From a virus (lineage: Duplodnaviria > Caudoviricetes), in the IMG/VR virus record IMGVR_UViG_3300037397_000008, positions 1-34,939 of that record: a stretch of 34,939 bases of DNA; one strand, written 5' to 3'. Under the pieces are notes generated by a model. The model worked only from the letters and a program-made list of their open reading frames with translations. It made no database searches and had not been told where the DNA came from. Shown here piece by piece: positions 17,371-28,163 of this stretch. Made by a program: the position numbers and the translations under genes. How positions within the stretch are numbered: position 1 is the first letter of the stretch; each line of letters opens with the position of its first letter.

Positions 17371-18072
17371 GTGTCCTTTTTGCTTGGTGGTATAGGTGGT
17401 ACCCTATCACCACCATTGGTTACACCTAACAACATTTATTACCCTTCCGACCGGTACGTGGTGTTGGATGCGTCCGATGTGTTGCCTGTTACATTGTTGG
17501 CGGTAAAAGAGTTTTTGCGTATTCCGGTGGACGTTGTCGATCATGATACATTGTTAACAACCTTGATACAAACCGCCGGTTTATATTTCGAAACATATAC
17601 CGGTTACACATTAATTAACAAAACATATAGACATTTTAAAAACCAATTAGCCAGCGTTTTAGAAATGACAAAAGGTCCATTGGTAAACCTGGTACAATTT
17701 TTATACTATAGTTTGGAAGATCAAGCATTCAATGAAATTGACCCAACAACCTACCAGGTTTTAAATGAAAAAAATTACTGGCGAATTGCCTTTAAACCAT
17801 TTGCAGCAGAAAATTATCAAATAGGCTATAATAACGCACCTTATCAAAATGTTATTGTTGATTTTGTCGCCGGTTTTGGTGAAACGTCTGAGGACATTCC
17901 AATTGACTTACAAACTGCGTTAAAAAATCATGTGTCTTTTTTGTATGAAAACACGGGTGATTGTGATGATGGCAGTTGTAAAGGCAATATAGCGTTGCCA
18001 AAAACAACAAAAATGATCTATGACTTATATAGAGTTTTATCAGTAACGGGTGGTAAATATAGGGGCATTTGA
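17371..18072 (+). CDS. Head-tail connector/adaptor (HK97 gp6-like)
   Basis: PVTL..VKEFLRI, D.LL..LI, AGFG....IP.DL..A, LYEN. Confidence 0.88.
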   Translation: MSFLLGGIGGTLSPPLVTPNNIYYPSDRYVVLDASDVLPVTLLAVKEFLRIPVDVVDHDTLLTTLIQTAGLYFETYTGYTLINKTYRHFKNQLASVLEMTKGPLVNLVQFLYYSLEDQAFNEIDPTTYQVLNEKNYWRIAFKPFAAENYQIGYNNAPYQNVIVDFVAGFGETSEDIPIDLQTALKNHVSFLYENTGDCDDGSCKGNIALPKTTKMIYDLYRVLSVTGGKYRGI

Positions 18073-18506
18073 TGGCTGTTTGTGTAAGAAAAAAACGAAA
18101 AAAGACCTATATTTGCACTGGTAGCTTAGATAAATTGATAGAAATATGCGAACGATCTATTACCCCCCAAGCCGTATTAAACCAATCACAAGAAACCGAT
18201 GAGATTTATACGGTACTGATAAAATTGTGGGCTATGGTTGAAACGCCAAACAGCGAAGTTGTTTTTGAAAATGTAGAAAGCCCAGTGACTACAACCGTTA
18301 CACATGTTTTTTATGTACGCCGTTTTCCAATATCTACAATACGACGAATTACCGCGCAACATTGGATACGTTGGGTATATAAAAATCCAACGTATTATAC
18401 TTGGTACCGCATTTTATCGGTAACAAATTTAGAAGAAAACAACCTATATTTGAAAATAAAAACCACATTTTCAGGCGATACTGATATACCTGCGTCGGAG
18501 GGGTGA
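18069..18506 (+). CDS. Head closure protein (SPP1 gp16-like)
   Basis: GSLDKLIEI, LWAMVE, THVFYVR, YRILSV. Confidence 0.8.
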   Translation: MMAVCVRKKRKKTYICTGSLDKLIEICERSITPQAVLNQSQETDEIYTVLIKLWAMVETPNSEVVFENVESPVTTTVTHVFYVRRFPISTIRRITAQHWIRWVYKNPTYYTWYRILSVTNLEENNLYLKIKTTFSGDTDIPASEG

Positions 18507-18510
18507 TATT

Positions 18511-18954
18511 ATGCAAGTAACCTATGACAAAAATCAATTGAAGAAATTAACCAAGTTGCAAAACTTAAAAACGGTTTATACAAAAGCAATTGATGTAGGT
18601 TTTGTTAACGTGGGAAACCATTTAACTAGAACGGTTCAAAGAGATTTTAGAAAACCCAAATCCGGCCGCATCTATAAAATAAAAGTAAATGGTCAATACA
18701 TTTACCATAGAGCATCTGCACCGGGTGAAGCACCGGCCATTTTAACCGGTGAACTTTCCAAAAGTACAAAAACAAAAAGCTGCGGCCACAATCGTTTAAA
18801 ATTTATGAGTGGTGGAGAAAAAGCGTATTATGCGCCAATACTGGAATACTACAAAAACCGCCCCTATATGGAAAAAACAGTTAAAGAAAACTGGGGTTAT
18901 TTTAACATGTGTTTTATTGCATTATTACGATATGGTTTAGTAGGGCGATTATGA
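18511..18954 (+). CDS. Neck protein (HK97 gp10-like)
   Basis: KSGRIY, HRASAPGEAPA..TGEL, YAPILEY, RPY. Confidence 0.82.
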   Translation: MQVTYDKNQLKKLTKLQNLKTVYTKAIDVGFVNVGNHLTRTVQRDFRKPKSGRIYKIKVNGQYIYHRASAPGEAPAILTGELSKSTKTKSCGHNRLKFMSGGEKAYYAPILEYYKNRPYMEKTVKENWGYFNMCFIALLRYGLVGRL

Positions 18955-20072
18955 GAATCATTCCCATTGTAAACCAGCTTGCTAAATATCTGCCAAGCTA
19001 CACGCAAAAATTTACAACCACTTTCAATATTATTGGTGCAACCCAAGCAAATGGAACAGCAACAATCACAACCCAAGAACCACATAATCTATCTGTTGGG
19101 GCGTATGTAGGTATCAATGGGATTGTGCCATACATACCTATTACAGAGCTCTACCCATTAAATCAATCAACAACTGACATCGAAATAAAAACAACAATAG
19201 ACAATGCTTTAACCTCTCAATTTGATTTTAAGTTAAAACAGCCGTATACAATTACGCCACCAAAGGCCTATCTATATAACAGTGTAACGCCTGCGTTAAA
19301 TGGTGGATTCGATATAATAGGAATTCCAAACAGATACACGGCACAAGTGAGCGGCCCAACAGGGTTAATTTATCCCATCGTTGAGCTTGGATATATTGAA
19401 AAATATGCATATAACACATATAACGGCGTAAAAACCATCACAGCCGTACAAGATTCAACAATGTTTTCCTATACTGTTTCAAATACTGAACCAACATTAA
19501 CCAACAACAGTGGAACTTATTACACAACGCCGCGTATAGCTGGTTGTGTAAATTTGGATAGGGCTATAAAATTATACACTGCACAAAATGACGGCAATTA
19601 TTGGATGTTTGTTAGCCCGGCCGAAAGTCTTGCATCTAAAGACCCATACACCTTAAACGATGGTTTGGCGTCTCTTAATTTGGGCGTTGAATTCCGTCAA
19701 AAATTAATAGATAGCATCAATATTGATGTGTTTATGCCAACCACATCAACGATTAATGCGGCTACTGTAATTGATGACGCTGAAACAATAAAAATTGCAT
19801 TGTTTAAATCATTATTACGTTTTACAGCGGCACAACAATATAATGCACCTAGTATCTTTCAAATGGTTTTCGATTCTTCATTTTTACAAGCGTATGAAAA
19901 AGCGTATTTAATTTATAGATACACGTTTCAAACACGCTATGATGTAACTTATTACGACACGTTTAACGGCAATGAATTTTATCCGTTTAGGGATATTATC
20001 GGGGATACAGAAGTAAGCAACAATCAATATCTATGGAATGTTAATTTAGATCAATCACCCGATGAAACATAA
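18951..20072 (+). CDS. Putative tail terminator/completion protein with FCCH-like inserts
   Basis: Lies between neck and sheath genes; ATGA overlap supports start at 18951; ATITTQEPHNLSVG motif. Confidence 0.65.
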   Translation: MRIIPIVNQLAKYLPSYTQKFTTTFNIIGATQANGTATITTQEPHNLSVGAYVGINGIVPYIPITELYPLNQSTTDIEIKTTIDNALTSQFDFKLKQPYTITPPKAYLYNSVTPALNGGFDIIGIPNRYTAQVSGPTGLIYPIVELGYIEKYAYNTYNGVKTITAVQDSTMFSYTVSNTEPTLTNNSGTYYTTPRIAGCVNLDRAIKLYTAQNDGNYWMFVSPAESLASKDPYTLNDGLASLNLGVEFRQKLIDSINIDVFMPTTSTINAATVIDDAETIKIALFKSLLRFTAAQQYNAPSIFQMVFDSSFLQAYEKAYLIYRYTFQTRYDVTYYDTFNGNEFYPFRDIIGDTEVSNNQYLWNVNLDQSPDET

Positions 20073-20101
20073 TTGTATATAATAAAAAAATATTATATAC
20101 T
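20073..20101 (+). promoter_or_regulatory. Putative promoter upstream of the tail sheath gene
   Basis: TTGTAT-17 nt-TATACT in the intergenic gap. Confidence 0.55.
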
Positions 20102-20126
20102 ATAAAAACAACTAACAAACAGGTTT

Positions 20127-21686
20127 ATGTTCATGAGTACCATTTCTTTTCCTAAAACAAATTTCACACTAACGCTTGATACTCCACCCGTTGTAACAAG
20201 CCCAATAAGAACTTTAATCATAGGGCAATTAAACACGGGGGTAACTCCGACCCAGCCAATCATAAAAAACGTCCAAAGCGGGCAAGAGAATAATTTGTTT
20301 GGCGATAATTCGCAGCTTTCTATTGCGTTAAAAGAATATCGCAGATATGACACTGTAAATGTGGTTGACGCAATGCAGCTTGCAGAAGATGCAAGCGCCG
20401 TGGCTGCACAATTTAGAATTACAACTACTATAGTTCCCTCATTTCAAGGTGGTTCAATCCGGTTTGCTTTTAGGTCGGTCATTTTTGGATTAATTACGTT
20501 AAATGTCAACACCAATGACACCTCTATTACACTGGCGCAACAATTATACAATAAGTTGTTAACATTAAGCCAAACAGTGCCATACACATTTACCTATGTA
20601 AGCACTGACAATTTTATTACGGTCACCGCGTCATCTGGTGGTGGATGGGGAAACAGTTTATATATGGAAACATTAGATACGCTAGAGGGTGTCTTTGTTG
20701 CCATGACAACGGAAGTTGTTGGCGGTGGTGATGCTGTCATCCCTCAATCAAATCTTGATGACATTTCAACAATTAGATATCAAACCATTATCCTTGGATT
20801 ACCTTCGGACACGAACCTTTTAAAGTTGAAATTGTTTATGGATTCCCGCTTTAACACACAAACGGGAGTTGTTGAAGATGGGTTAGTTGTTACTACCCAA
20901 ACAACCACATTAACCAACGCAATTGCTGCCGTGGCACCGATTCCAAGTTTCAGCATGTATTTTTGTGCTAACAAACAAGTAACAGAAAATGTAGCGAATA
21001 CGGATTACGGCATCCCTGGCGCAGTTCGTGACAATGATTTTATTTTAGCATCTTATTTGGGGGCTGAAAGAAACCTGCGTTTAACGCCTAATGTTAGTAT
21101 TCCACAATTGTTGGTTGGTCCATTGCTAGCCTCAAATACGGATGGAGGACCTCGAATAGCTGCGGTACCTTATGCAAATACTCCTATATATACAATAGCC
21201 CCTTGTGAAGTTGGAAAAAACTGGTCATACGATGAACAAAACACGTTAAACAATGCCGGTGTTAGTTTTGTAGGTAATAACATGCAAAACACACAATTAA
21301 TCATGGGGCAATGGGTTACCACGTATTTACCTAGAGTTTTTGTAAATGAAATTGACACTGCCTCAATAATACGTGAGTTTTTTGTTTCGAACAATCAAAA
21401 TCGTTATTTACAAGCGACATTAACAACGGGTGCTAGCAATTCGCCAAGCGTTGTCAATGTCGACATGTTCAACGCGTATCAAATAACGCTATATACACAA
21501 TTAACAAAATCACCTTATTATTTGGTTCCAGCTGGTCGGTCATCTTATCAAGCGTTTTCATCGAACTTAAAAACAAGCATTGACTTAGCCAATGGAATTA
21601 TTGAAACATCTATGTTGGTTCCAATTAATTCACAAGTAAGAGGAATTAACGGCGCTATAAAGATAAGCTTTAGCCTTTCAACATAA
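20127..21686 (+). CDS. Tail sheath protein (Mu gpL-like)
   Basis: LIIGQ, LFG.NSQL, EQNTL..AGVS, VTTY; size and position. Confidence 0.88.
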   Translation: MFMSTISFPKTNFTLTLDTPPVVTSPIRTLIIGQLNTGVTPTQPIIKNVQSGQENNLFGDNSQLSIALKEYRRYDTVNVVDAMQLAEDASAVAAQFRITTTIVPSFQGGSIRFAFRSVIFGLITLNVNTNDTSITLAQQLYNKLLTLSQTVPYTFTYVSTDNFITVTASSGGGWGNSLYMETLDTLEGVFVAMTTEVVGGGDAVIPQSNLDDISTIRYQTIILGLPSDTNLLKLKLFMDSRFNTQTGVVEDGLVVTTQTTTLTNAIAAVAPIPSFSMYFCANKQVTENVANTDYGIPGAVRDNDFILASYLGAERNLRLTPNVSIPQLLVGPLLASNTDGGPRIAAVPYANTPIYTIAPCEVGKNWSYDEQNTLNNAGVSFVGNNMQNTQLIMGQWVTTYLPRVFVNEIDTASIIREFFVSNNQNRYLQATLTTGASNSPSVVNVDMFNAYQITLYTQLTKSPYYLVPAGRSSYQAFSSNLKTSIDLANGIIETSMLVPINSQVRGINGAIKISFSLST

Positions 21687-21709
21687 ACATACAAAGAGAA
21701 TCAAAAACA

Positions 21710-22105
21710 ATGAGTAATGCAATATCAACACCGGCTTTAGTAATTCAGGGTGTACCAATTTTATTTATTCCAAATTCGTTAGCCGTGAAAACTGGAACCG
21801 GTGTATATGATGTAACCACCCGTGTTTTTGGCGCGGAAATCGACACGGTTTTCAGTCAAGACCTAGCCACTGATACGATGAGCGTTGTAACCTTCAACAT
21901 TAATCCGGTTGCTGATATGATCAATTTAATGCTAGATTTTAAAAGTCAAGGTCCTGTGTTAGATTTGGAATACTATGACCCTTTGTCGAACTCTCGCTAT
22001 TCTATATCCCCTTGCGTGTTAACAACTGATTTTGAATTAATGCTTGGTGCTGGAAAAGAAATAACAATCGAGATTAAAGGCGCCCCTGCTGTAGCCGTAA
22101 CATAA
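21710..22105 (+). CDS. Tail tube protein
   Basis: 131-aa beta-rich ORF directly after the sheath gene. Confidence 0.78.
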   Translation: MSNAISTPALVIQGVPILFIPNSLAVKTGTGVYDVTTRVFGAEIDTVFSQDLATDTMSVVTFNINPVADMINLMLDFKSQGPVLDLEYYDPLSNSRYSISPCVLTTDFELMLGAGKEITIEIKGAPAVAVT

Positions 22106-22116
22106 GGAAAAAAAAG

Positions 22117-22608
22117 ATGAATGTAAAAACATACGAATTAAAACATCCGTTTAATGATGAAATAACACGAATCATTTTAAAAGCCCCAACAACGTATCAT
22201 TATCCGCTAGTTTCTAAAATAAAATCGATGTTGTGGTGTGGTTTTAAAAGTCTTAATGAATCCGTAATAGGGGACACTGAAAACAACAAGTCCGCATCTT
22301 ATACCAACGTTCAAGATGTTATTGACGCCACACAAGAAATGGATGAACCGGAAAACGATGACATCTTGAAAAATTGCACTATTAACGAATTGATGGGAAC
22401 GCTTTCCATGGTTCCATCAAAGGATTATAGTTTTTATCCAACTTTGTTAACCACCTTACGCGATTTATTGCTTTCTGATGGCATTTGTACAATTGACGGA
22501 ACACATAAAAAACTATCCGCGGGTTATTTGGACAGATTTGCAATTGATGACTTTGAAGCTATTTGCATGACATATTTGAAAAATTTTTTTTCTGTTTCAC
22601 CTTCGTAG
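22117..22608 (+). CDS. Tail assembly chaperone (gpG-like)
   Basis: YELKHP..I.LKAP; position between tube and tape measure genes. Confidence 0.75.
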   Translation: MNVKTYELKHPFNDEITRIILKAPTTYHYPLVSKIKSMLWCGFKSLNESVIGDTENNKSASYTNVQDVIDATQEMDEPENDDILKNCTINELMGTLSMVPSKDYSFYPTLLTTLRDLLLSDGICTIDGTHKKLSAGYLDRFAIDDFEAICMTYLKNFFSVSPS

Positions 22609-22784
22609 CGCGTTATCCTGAAGATATTGTTTTTTTTGTATTGAAATTTTACAATGGTGCTGTTACTTATTCGGACTGTAAAAACATGGCATTTACAGAA
22701 TTACAAAAATTAATAAATTACGCGAATTCATATTTGGAAGAAGAAAAAAAAATGATGGAGAAAGCAAACAATGGATTACGATAA
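22584..22784 (+). CDS. -1 frameshift extension of the tail chaperone (gpGT-like)
   Basis: Slippery T TTT TTT at 22584-22590 shortly before the stop; -1 frame open to 22784. Confidence 0.75.
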   Translation, partial: FFFCFTFVARYPEDIVFFVLKFYNGAVTYSDCKNMAFTELQKLINYANSYLEEEKKMMEKANNGLR

Positions 22785-24801
22785 TCAGATTGTTTTTACA
22801 TTTACCGCAAAAGATAAATTTTCCAAATCAGCCGATAAAATAGCAAAAACCATAAAAAAATTAACACGGGATTTATCCGATTTATCAAAACAATCAAATA
22901 ATAAAAATTTATTCAAACAACTAGACATACCAAAACAAACCAAAGTTGCCATTGAAAAGCTTGGCGAGCATGCAAAAAAAACAATCAAAACAATAGAAAC
23001 CCTCAAAAAAAAGACGGATAATATATCTAAAACAACGTCAAAATTTAACAAATCTATTCAACAGGTTAATGACAAAACCAGTAAATCAATAGAAAACCTA
23101 CAAAAAAAGACGGAAAACATATCTAAAACAGCGGCAACAGTTAACAAATCTATTCAACATGTTAATGAAAAAACAAGCAAAACAATAGAAACCCTCAAAA
23201 AAAATGCGGTCAACATATCTAAAACAGCGGCAACAGTTAATAAATCTATTCAACATGTTAATGAAAAAACAAGCAAAACAATAGAAACCCTCAAAAAAAA
23301 TACGGGGGACATATCTAAAGCAGTGGCAAAAGCTAACAAATCTATTCAACGTGTTAATGAAAAAACAAGTAAATCAATGGCGGGGATTTCCAAAACATCC
23401 AAAAAAACAGTCGAGTCCATCAATGAGGTTGGAAAACAAACAAAAAAATCAATTGACCCATTAAAAAATGCAGGCAATGGGTTTCAAACACTAGGCAAAC
23501 ACACAAAAGACGCCTCAAGAAATGTTGTAAATTTTAATGAGCGATATACGAACTTAATGCGTTTGATGTCAAAAAAAGGTGGTTGGAGTCCATTAACCCG
23601 ATTAGACACCGGCGATAAAATGGGGATAATGAGCTATATAAGATATATGAATGTGGCCGCGCCTATTTTATTAGCCGCGAGAAAAGCCAACGTATATAGC
23701 GCAGAAAAACAATCATTGTTAACCGAATTACGAGTTATTTTTGCGCGCACAAACAACTTTTCGCAAAACATGGACAAACTGCAAAGCAAAGCACTAAAGT
23801 TTTCACAAACCACACCATTTTCACAAAAAGATTATATAAAAACCGTTACATCATTGGCAACAAAGTTTGGTAATTTAGATGAAGCATTAAAATTCACGCC
23901 GCAGTTAATGAAATTAGGTTTGTTATTTGGACAAACAAAAAACATTTCACAATTTGCCGTTAAAGCCGTTGATACGGCTGCTTTAAAAGGTATGATCTTG
24001 AATCTTCCTTTGTCGGTGGCCCAAAAAAAATCATTTGAGCTTGCTTCCATAGGTGCGACACCATACAAACGGTTCCAGCGTATGATATACTGGACAACTA
24101 AAAACCTTGACATGAATTTATTAATGTCGCAAACAATGAACAGAACCAGCACGCAACTAACCCTATTAGCCAATCATACAAAAGAATTAATTGTCACTAT
24201 TTTTGAAGGGTTTGGGCCACCGTTAAAAGTGTTTGCAGGTGCAATAATAAAAATAGAAGATGCAATTAATAATTTTTTAAAAAAACACAAGGTTTTAACG
24301 TCTGTGATAGCTGGTGGTTTTGCTACTCTTTTAGCTGGCGTTTTTATAAGTATGGGGGCCTCTATTTTATCCGGTGGTGTTGGTTTTTTGAGTGCGTCTT
24401 TAATCAAGGGAATAAGCATGTCATTCCGTTTAATTGGCCCACTATTAACGACTGCATTAGCCGGCGCTTTCGTATATAGCGGTATTAAATTCGAAAAAAC
24501 CATTAAAAACATGGCGGCTAGCACGTTTAAAGGCATGAGTCAAAACGGTTCAAATATCCCTCACCTACCGTTTCCTGGTTTTAATTATTTACTTAACTAC
24601 TTGTCACCATCTGCCACAAATGCAACACAAAGCCCATATCCGATGCAGCATGTACAAATTCAACATAACATCCATGTTGCAAATGAGACTAATACAAAAG
24701 TAACGCATAAAGCGGCTGTTGTTTCTGGAAATTCAACCTATAATATGTCTATGAGTACAGGAAGAAACCAAGGAAGTAACAATTTTGAAATTAGCGAATA
24801 A
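22771..24801 (+). CDS. Tape measure protein
   Basis: TAKDKFS start, helical repeats, TPFS motif, hydrophobic segment; position. Confidence 0.9.
   Translation: MDYDNQIVFTFTAKDKFSKSADKIAKTIKKLTRDLSDLSKQSNNKNLFKQLDIPKQTKVAIEKLGEHAKKTIKTIETLKKKTDNISKTTSKFNKSIQQVNDKTSKSIENLQKKTENISKTAATVNKSIQHVNEKTSKTIETLKKNAVNISKTAATVNKSIQHVNEKTSKTIETLKKNTGDISKAVAKANKSIQRVNEKTSKSMAGISKTSKKTVESINEVGKQTKKSIDPLKNAGNGFQTLGKHTKDASRNVVNFNERYTNLMRLMSKKGGWSPLTRLDTGDKMGIMSYIRYMNVAAPILLAARKANVYSAEKQSLLTELRVIFARTNNFSQNMDKLQSKALKFSQTTPFSQKDYIKTVTSLATKFGNLDEALKFTPQLMKLGLLFGQTKNISQFAVKAVDTAALKGMILNLPLSVAQKKSFELASIGATPYKRFQRMIYWTTKNLDMNLLMSQTMNRTSTQLTLLANHTKELIVTIFEGFGPPLKVFAGAIIKIEDAINNFLKKHKVLTSVIAGGFATLLAGVFISMGASILSGGVGFLSASLIKGISMSFRLIGPLLTTALAGAFVYSGIKFEKTIKNMAASTFKGMSQNGSNIPHLPFPGFNYLLNYLSPSATNATQSPYPMQHVQIQHNIHVANETNTKVTHKAAVVSGNSTYNMSMSTGRNQGSNNFEISE
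22987..23370 (+). repeat. 4 x 96-bp (32-aa) tandem repeat in the tape measure gene
   Basis: Units start at 22987, 23083, 23179 and 23275. Confidence 0.92.
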
Positions 24802-24806
24802 AAAAC

Positions 24807-26051
24807 ATGTATACGGGTAACTTATCGAGATATAAAACGGCTTCGTTTCGAGGAATACCATTTTTATATTCTGATGTTTCTGAAAAGGGGGGTAGAAAAA
24901 GCGCTGTATTTGAATATCCAAACAAAAATACTAGGTACGTTGAGGATTTAGGTTTGTTACAACGTGCCTATAATATGCGGATAACATTAACCAATAAGAA
25001 TGAAGATTATAGCACTGTAAAACGCCGGATTGTTGCCGCCTTAGATACACCGGGCCCCGGCTTTTTAGTTCATCCAATTGATGGTTCTGTTTTGGTTTTT
25101 GCGCAACCGTATGAATTAAAAGAAAGCATAAGCCATGCTGGAACGCTAGAAATTGTTGTTACGTTTTTAGAAGTTGGGGCATCGTCTCCAATCACCGCGC
25201 AAAACTACCCATCTAGCTACATTTTACAAAAGATTTCATCAACTCAAGCCACTATAAACAGTGATTTTTCGGATTTGTGGGGCGCTAGCGTATCATACTA
25301 TGGAAACGCGAGCTATAACGCCGACTTGTTAAATGATGCGTATGATTTCTTTTATATGGCTAAAGACACCATTCCTATTGAAGGGAGTGACTATATAGCC
25401 TATATGCAACAGCTAGACATTTTCAAAATAGATCTATATAGAAATGCATATGCAAAAAATGGCGCACAATTGGCCAATCAAATAACAAACATTTTCAATG
25501 CTGCCTCTGCACTGACAACAACAACAACCTATAATTTACAACTATTTAAATATTATTTGACCTTTACAATTGACCCTATTACATCGAACTCACTTTATTT
25601 TGATGAGCGGTTAAAAAGCAATGTTTCATTAATCCAAACAATGCGAGCTAACGCATTTTTATTATATCTATATTTTGTAACTATAAATAATTATCCGCTA
25701 GAAACGGATATCATCAACGAAATAACGTATATAACCGATATACTAGAAATTATCACGGTCGATAATATGTGGATAAATGTATTACAAGAATCTAATAATA
25801 TTTTATCCCCTGAATTAATTTCCACAATACAAGATTTATTTCAACAAGCAATTACATATTTGTACTCACAAATAAACAGTGCAGCAACAATATTTAATCA
25901 AAACGTTAATAATCAATCTTTATTATCGCTTGTATTCCAGCATTACGGGGATTTAAATTATTATGATACAATCTATAATTTGAATTCATTAGTTAATGCA
26001 AACAACTTAACTGGAGCTTTAAAGCTGTTACAGTATGAAAATTCGAATTAA
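24807..26051 (+). CDS. DNA circularisation protein (Mu gpN-like)
   Basis: ASFRGIPF, GGRK...EYP, VEDLG, PGPGFLVHP. Confidence 0.92.
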   Translation: MYTGNLSRYKTASFRGIPFLYSDVSEKGGRKSAVFEYPNKNTRYVEDLGLLQRAYNMRITLTNKNEDYSTVKRRIVAALDTPGPGFLVHPIDGSVLVFAQPYELKESISHAGTLEIVVTFLEVGASSPITAQNYPSSYILQKISSTQATINSDFSDLWGASVSYYGNASYNADLLNDAYDFFYMAKDTIPIEGSDYIAYMQQLDIFKIDLYRNAYAKNGAQLANQITNIFNAASALTTTTTYNLQLFKYYLTFTIDPITSNSLYFDERLKSNVSLIQTMRANAFLLYLYFVTINNYPLETDIINEITYITDILEIITVDNMWINVLQESNNILSPELISTIQDLFQQAITYLYSQINSAATIFNQNVNNQSLLSLVFQHYGDLNYYDTIYNLNSLVNANNLTGALKLLQYENSN

Positions 26052-27162
26052 TGGTACTGAAATTGGAAATTGGACAACTTTAACGGTTGGCCGTCATTTT
26101 TTAGACCTGTGCGGAACCTTTCAATTTGAAACATCGGCCGATAATACAGGCGTGTATTTGCCGTTAAAAACACAACAAAAATGTGAAATTATTGTCGAAA
26201 ACACTACTTTTTTGACTGGTTACATAGAAAAACTTACTATTTCAGGCAGCAGCCAAAGCACACGATTTATTGTTGAGGGGCGCGATCAAACGTGTGATAT
26301 TGTTGATTCTACCGTTCCTTATGATTTTCTGGAGCAATATAAAAATGTTACGACTGTTAAAGAAGTTGCACAAACGATTGTTAACAAGTTAGGGTTAGAA
26401 AATACCGTAAAAGTATTAACAACCGTGACTCTTCCCGATTTATCCCCTGGAACCTATATAAACTCATTTATAGGCGAACGCGCGTACGATTTATTGCAGC
26501 GATATGCTAAGCTCTCAAACGTTTATACCGTCACCGATGGCCTAGGAAATATTGTTTTTACCCGCGTTGCTTCTAATTTTAATAGTGATCTGATTGATAC
26601 CCCTTTAATAAATTGGTATAATGACCCATCTAACAATGTTTTAAATTTTGAATATTCGTTAGACACAACACAATTATATCACTTATACCGCGCCTATTCT
26701 CAAATAGGTTTAAAATTCGTTTCAGATGCATCACAATTAAACGGTGGTGAAACGGTCGTAGGGAATGCAATTGATGAATCCATCCGACCATCTAGGCAAT
26801 GGGTTTTCATTGATGACATTGCTGTAGACGAGCAAAGCGCTCCTGATCGTGCTATATGGGAAAAAAACTATCGACAAAGCAAATTTGAGGCTTATACGTG
26901 TACGGTACAAGGGCATACTATACCAAACACCTTAAAAATATGGACGCCTAACACGCTAGTCATTGTTTTTGATCGGTCAGCCTCGTTGGCAGGTAAAATA
27001 TTTTTAATTGACAGCGTCAGTTTTAAAGAATCCGTTGATAATGGAAAAACCACGAGATTGCATTGTGTCAACCCATTATCATACACGTTACAATTACAAG
27101 AAAATTATTATAGCAGCAGAGCGAGAACGGGCGGCAATTTTTTCGATGCAAACCAATTATAA
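26035..27162 (+). CDS. Baseplate hub protein (Mu gpP/gp44-like)
   Basis: LTGYIE, GRDQTCDIVDS, TDGLG, RAIWE, WTPN. Confidence 0.9.
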   Translation: MKIRINGTEIGNWTTLTVGRHFLDLCGTFQFETSADNTGVYLPLKTQQKCEIIVENTTFLTGYIEKLTISGSSQSTRFIVEGRDQTCDIVDSTVPYDFLEQYKNVTTVKEVAQTIVNKLGLENTVKVLTTVTLPDLSPGTYINSFIGERAYDLLQRYAKLSNVYTVTDGLGNIVFTRVASNFNSDLIDTPLINWYNDPSNNVLNFEYSLDTTQLYHLYRAYSQIGLKFVSDASQLNGGETVVGNAIDESIRPSRQWVFIDDIAVDEQSAPDRAIWEKNYRQSKFEAYTCTVQGHTIPNTLKIWTPNTLVIVFDRSASLAGKIFLIDSVSFKESVDNGKTTRLHCVNPLSYTLQLQENYYSSRARTGGNFFDANQL

Positions 27163-27176
27163 AGCGTAAAAAAAAC

Positions 27177-27698
27177 ATGTATATGAGAATGCTTACCTTA
27201 TTATTATCAAAGATAAAAAATCAAATCGTGAGAGGAATTATTAAAATTTCCCCTATTACGACAAACGACATTGAAGTAAAAATATTTGGCAGAACCTACA
27301 CGCTTCAACAATATTATCCGTATGGAATGAAAGCGAGGCCACCAATTAACACAAAATGCATTAATTTGTTTGTAGGTGGCGAATCCACAAACGGCATTTC
27401 CCTTCCGTATGTACAACAATTCAACGCTAACACCCCTGCTTTAAATCCTGGCGAAGTGATGTTGTTTAATCCTTTATCTGGTGCGTCCGTCACCTTTTTA
27501 GACGATGGGAGTATTAATTTTGTTGGAAATGTAACGATTAATGGGAATGTGATAGCTACGGGAAATATTAGCGATTTAAACGGCGTTAAAGGTTCTTTAG
27601 ATGACTTACGAACTGAGTATGAAACCCATGTTCATTACACTGATGGCTCTCCCGGTTTTACTGGTTTACCAGAAAACCCACCACAAGAAGAATTATAA
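27177..27698 (+). CDS. Baseplate spike protein (Mu gp45-like)
   Basis: YG...RPP, LNPGEV, C-terminal HxH (THVH). Confidence 0.88.
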   Translation: MYMRMLTLLLSKIKNQIVRGIIKISPITTNDIEVKIFGRTYTLQQYYPYGMKARPPINTKCINLFVGGESTNGISLPYVQQFNANTPALNPGEVMLFNPLSGASVTFLDDGSINFVGNVTINGNVIATGNISDLNGVKGSLDDLRTEYETHVHYTDGSPGFTGLPENPPQEEL

Positions 27699-28163
27699 AT
27701 GCAATATGTTGATTTACTATTAGAAGAGAAGAACAATTATTATGATATCATTGTGACGACCAAGGGCGATTTTGAAACCACTGCTGGATTAGGAACGGCG
27801 ATTCTTGTTAGCTTATATACGGATGGGCGCGCGGATGGTTCGCGAATAGCAATTCCGGATATGCGGCGCGGATGGTGGGGGAATTTGTTTTCCAATGTTG
27901 TTGGTTCGGTTCAAATTGGTTCGTTAATTTGGCTATTAGATCAAACAAGCAACACTCAAGAGGCTTTGAACTTTTTAATTGATCAATGTAATTTGTGTTT
28001 AAATTGGATAATCACCAACAACTATGCATCAACGATAAATATTACGGGTATTTCCACCTTAAATCAGCTTGGCGTGTTAATTAGTTTTTCATATCCAAAC
28101 AATACAATGCGAGAATATATTTTAAATATATGGAATAATACTATTCTAGAGGTAAAGAACTAA
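27699..28163 (+). CDS. Baseplate protein (Mu gp46-like)
   Basis: SLYTD.RA, RGWWG, GSLIWLL. Confidence 0.92.
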   Translation: MQYVDLLLEEKNNYYDIIVTTKGDFETTAGLGTAILVSLYTDGRADGSRIAIPDMRRGWWGNLFSNVVGSVQIGSLIWLLDQTSNTQEALNFLIDQCNLCLNWIITNNYASTINITGISTLNQLGVLISFSYPNNTMREYILNIWNNTILEVKN

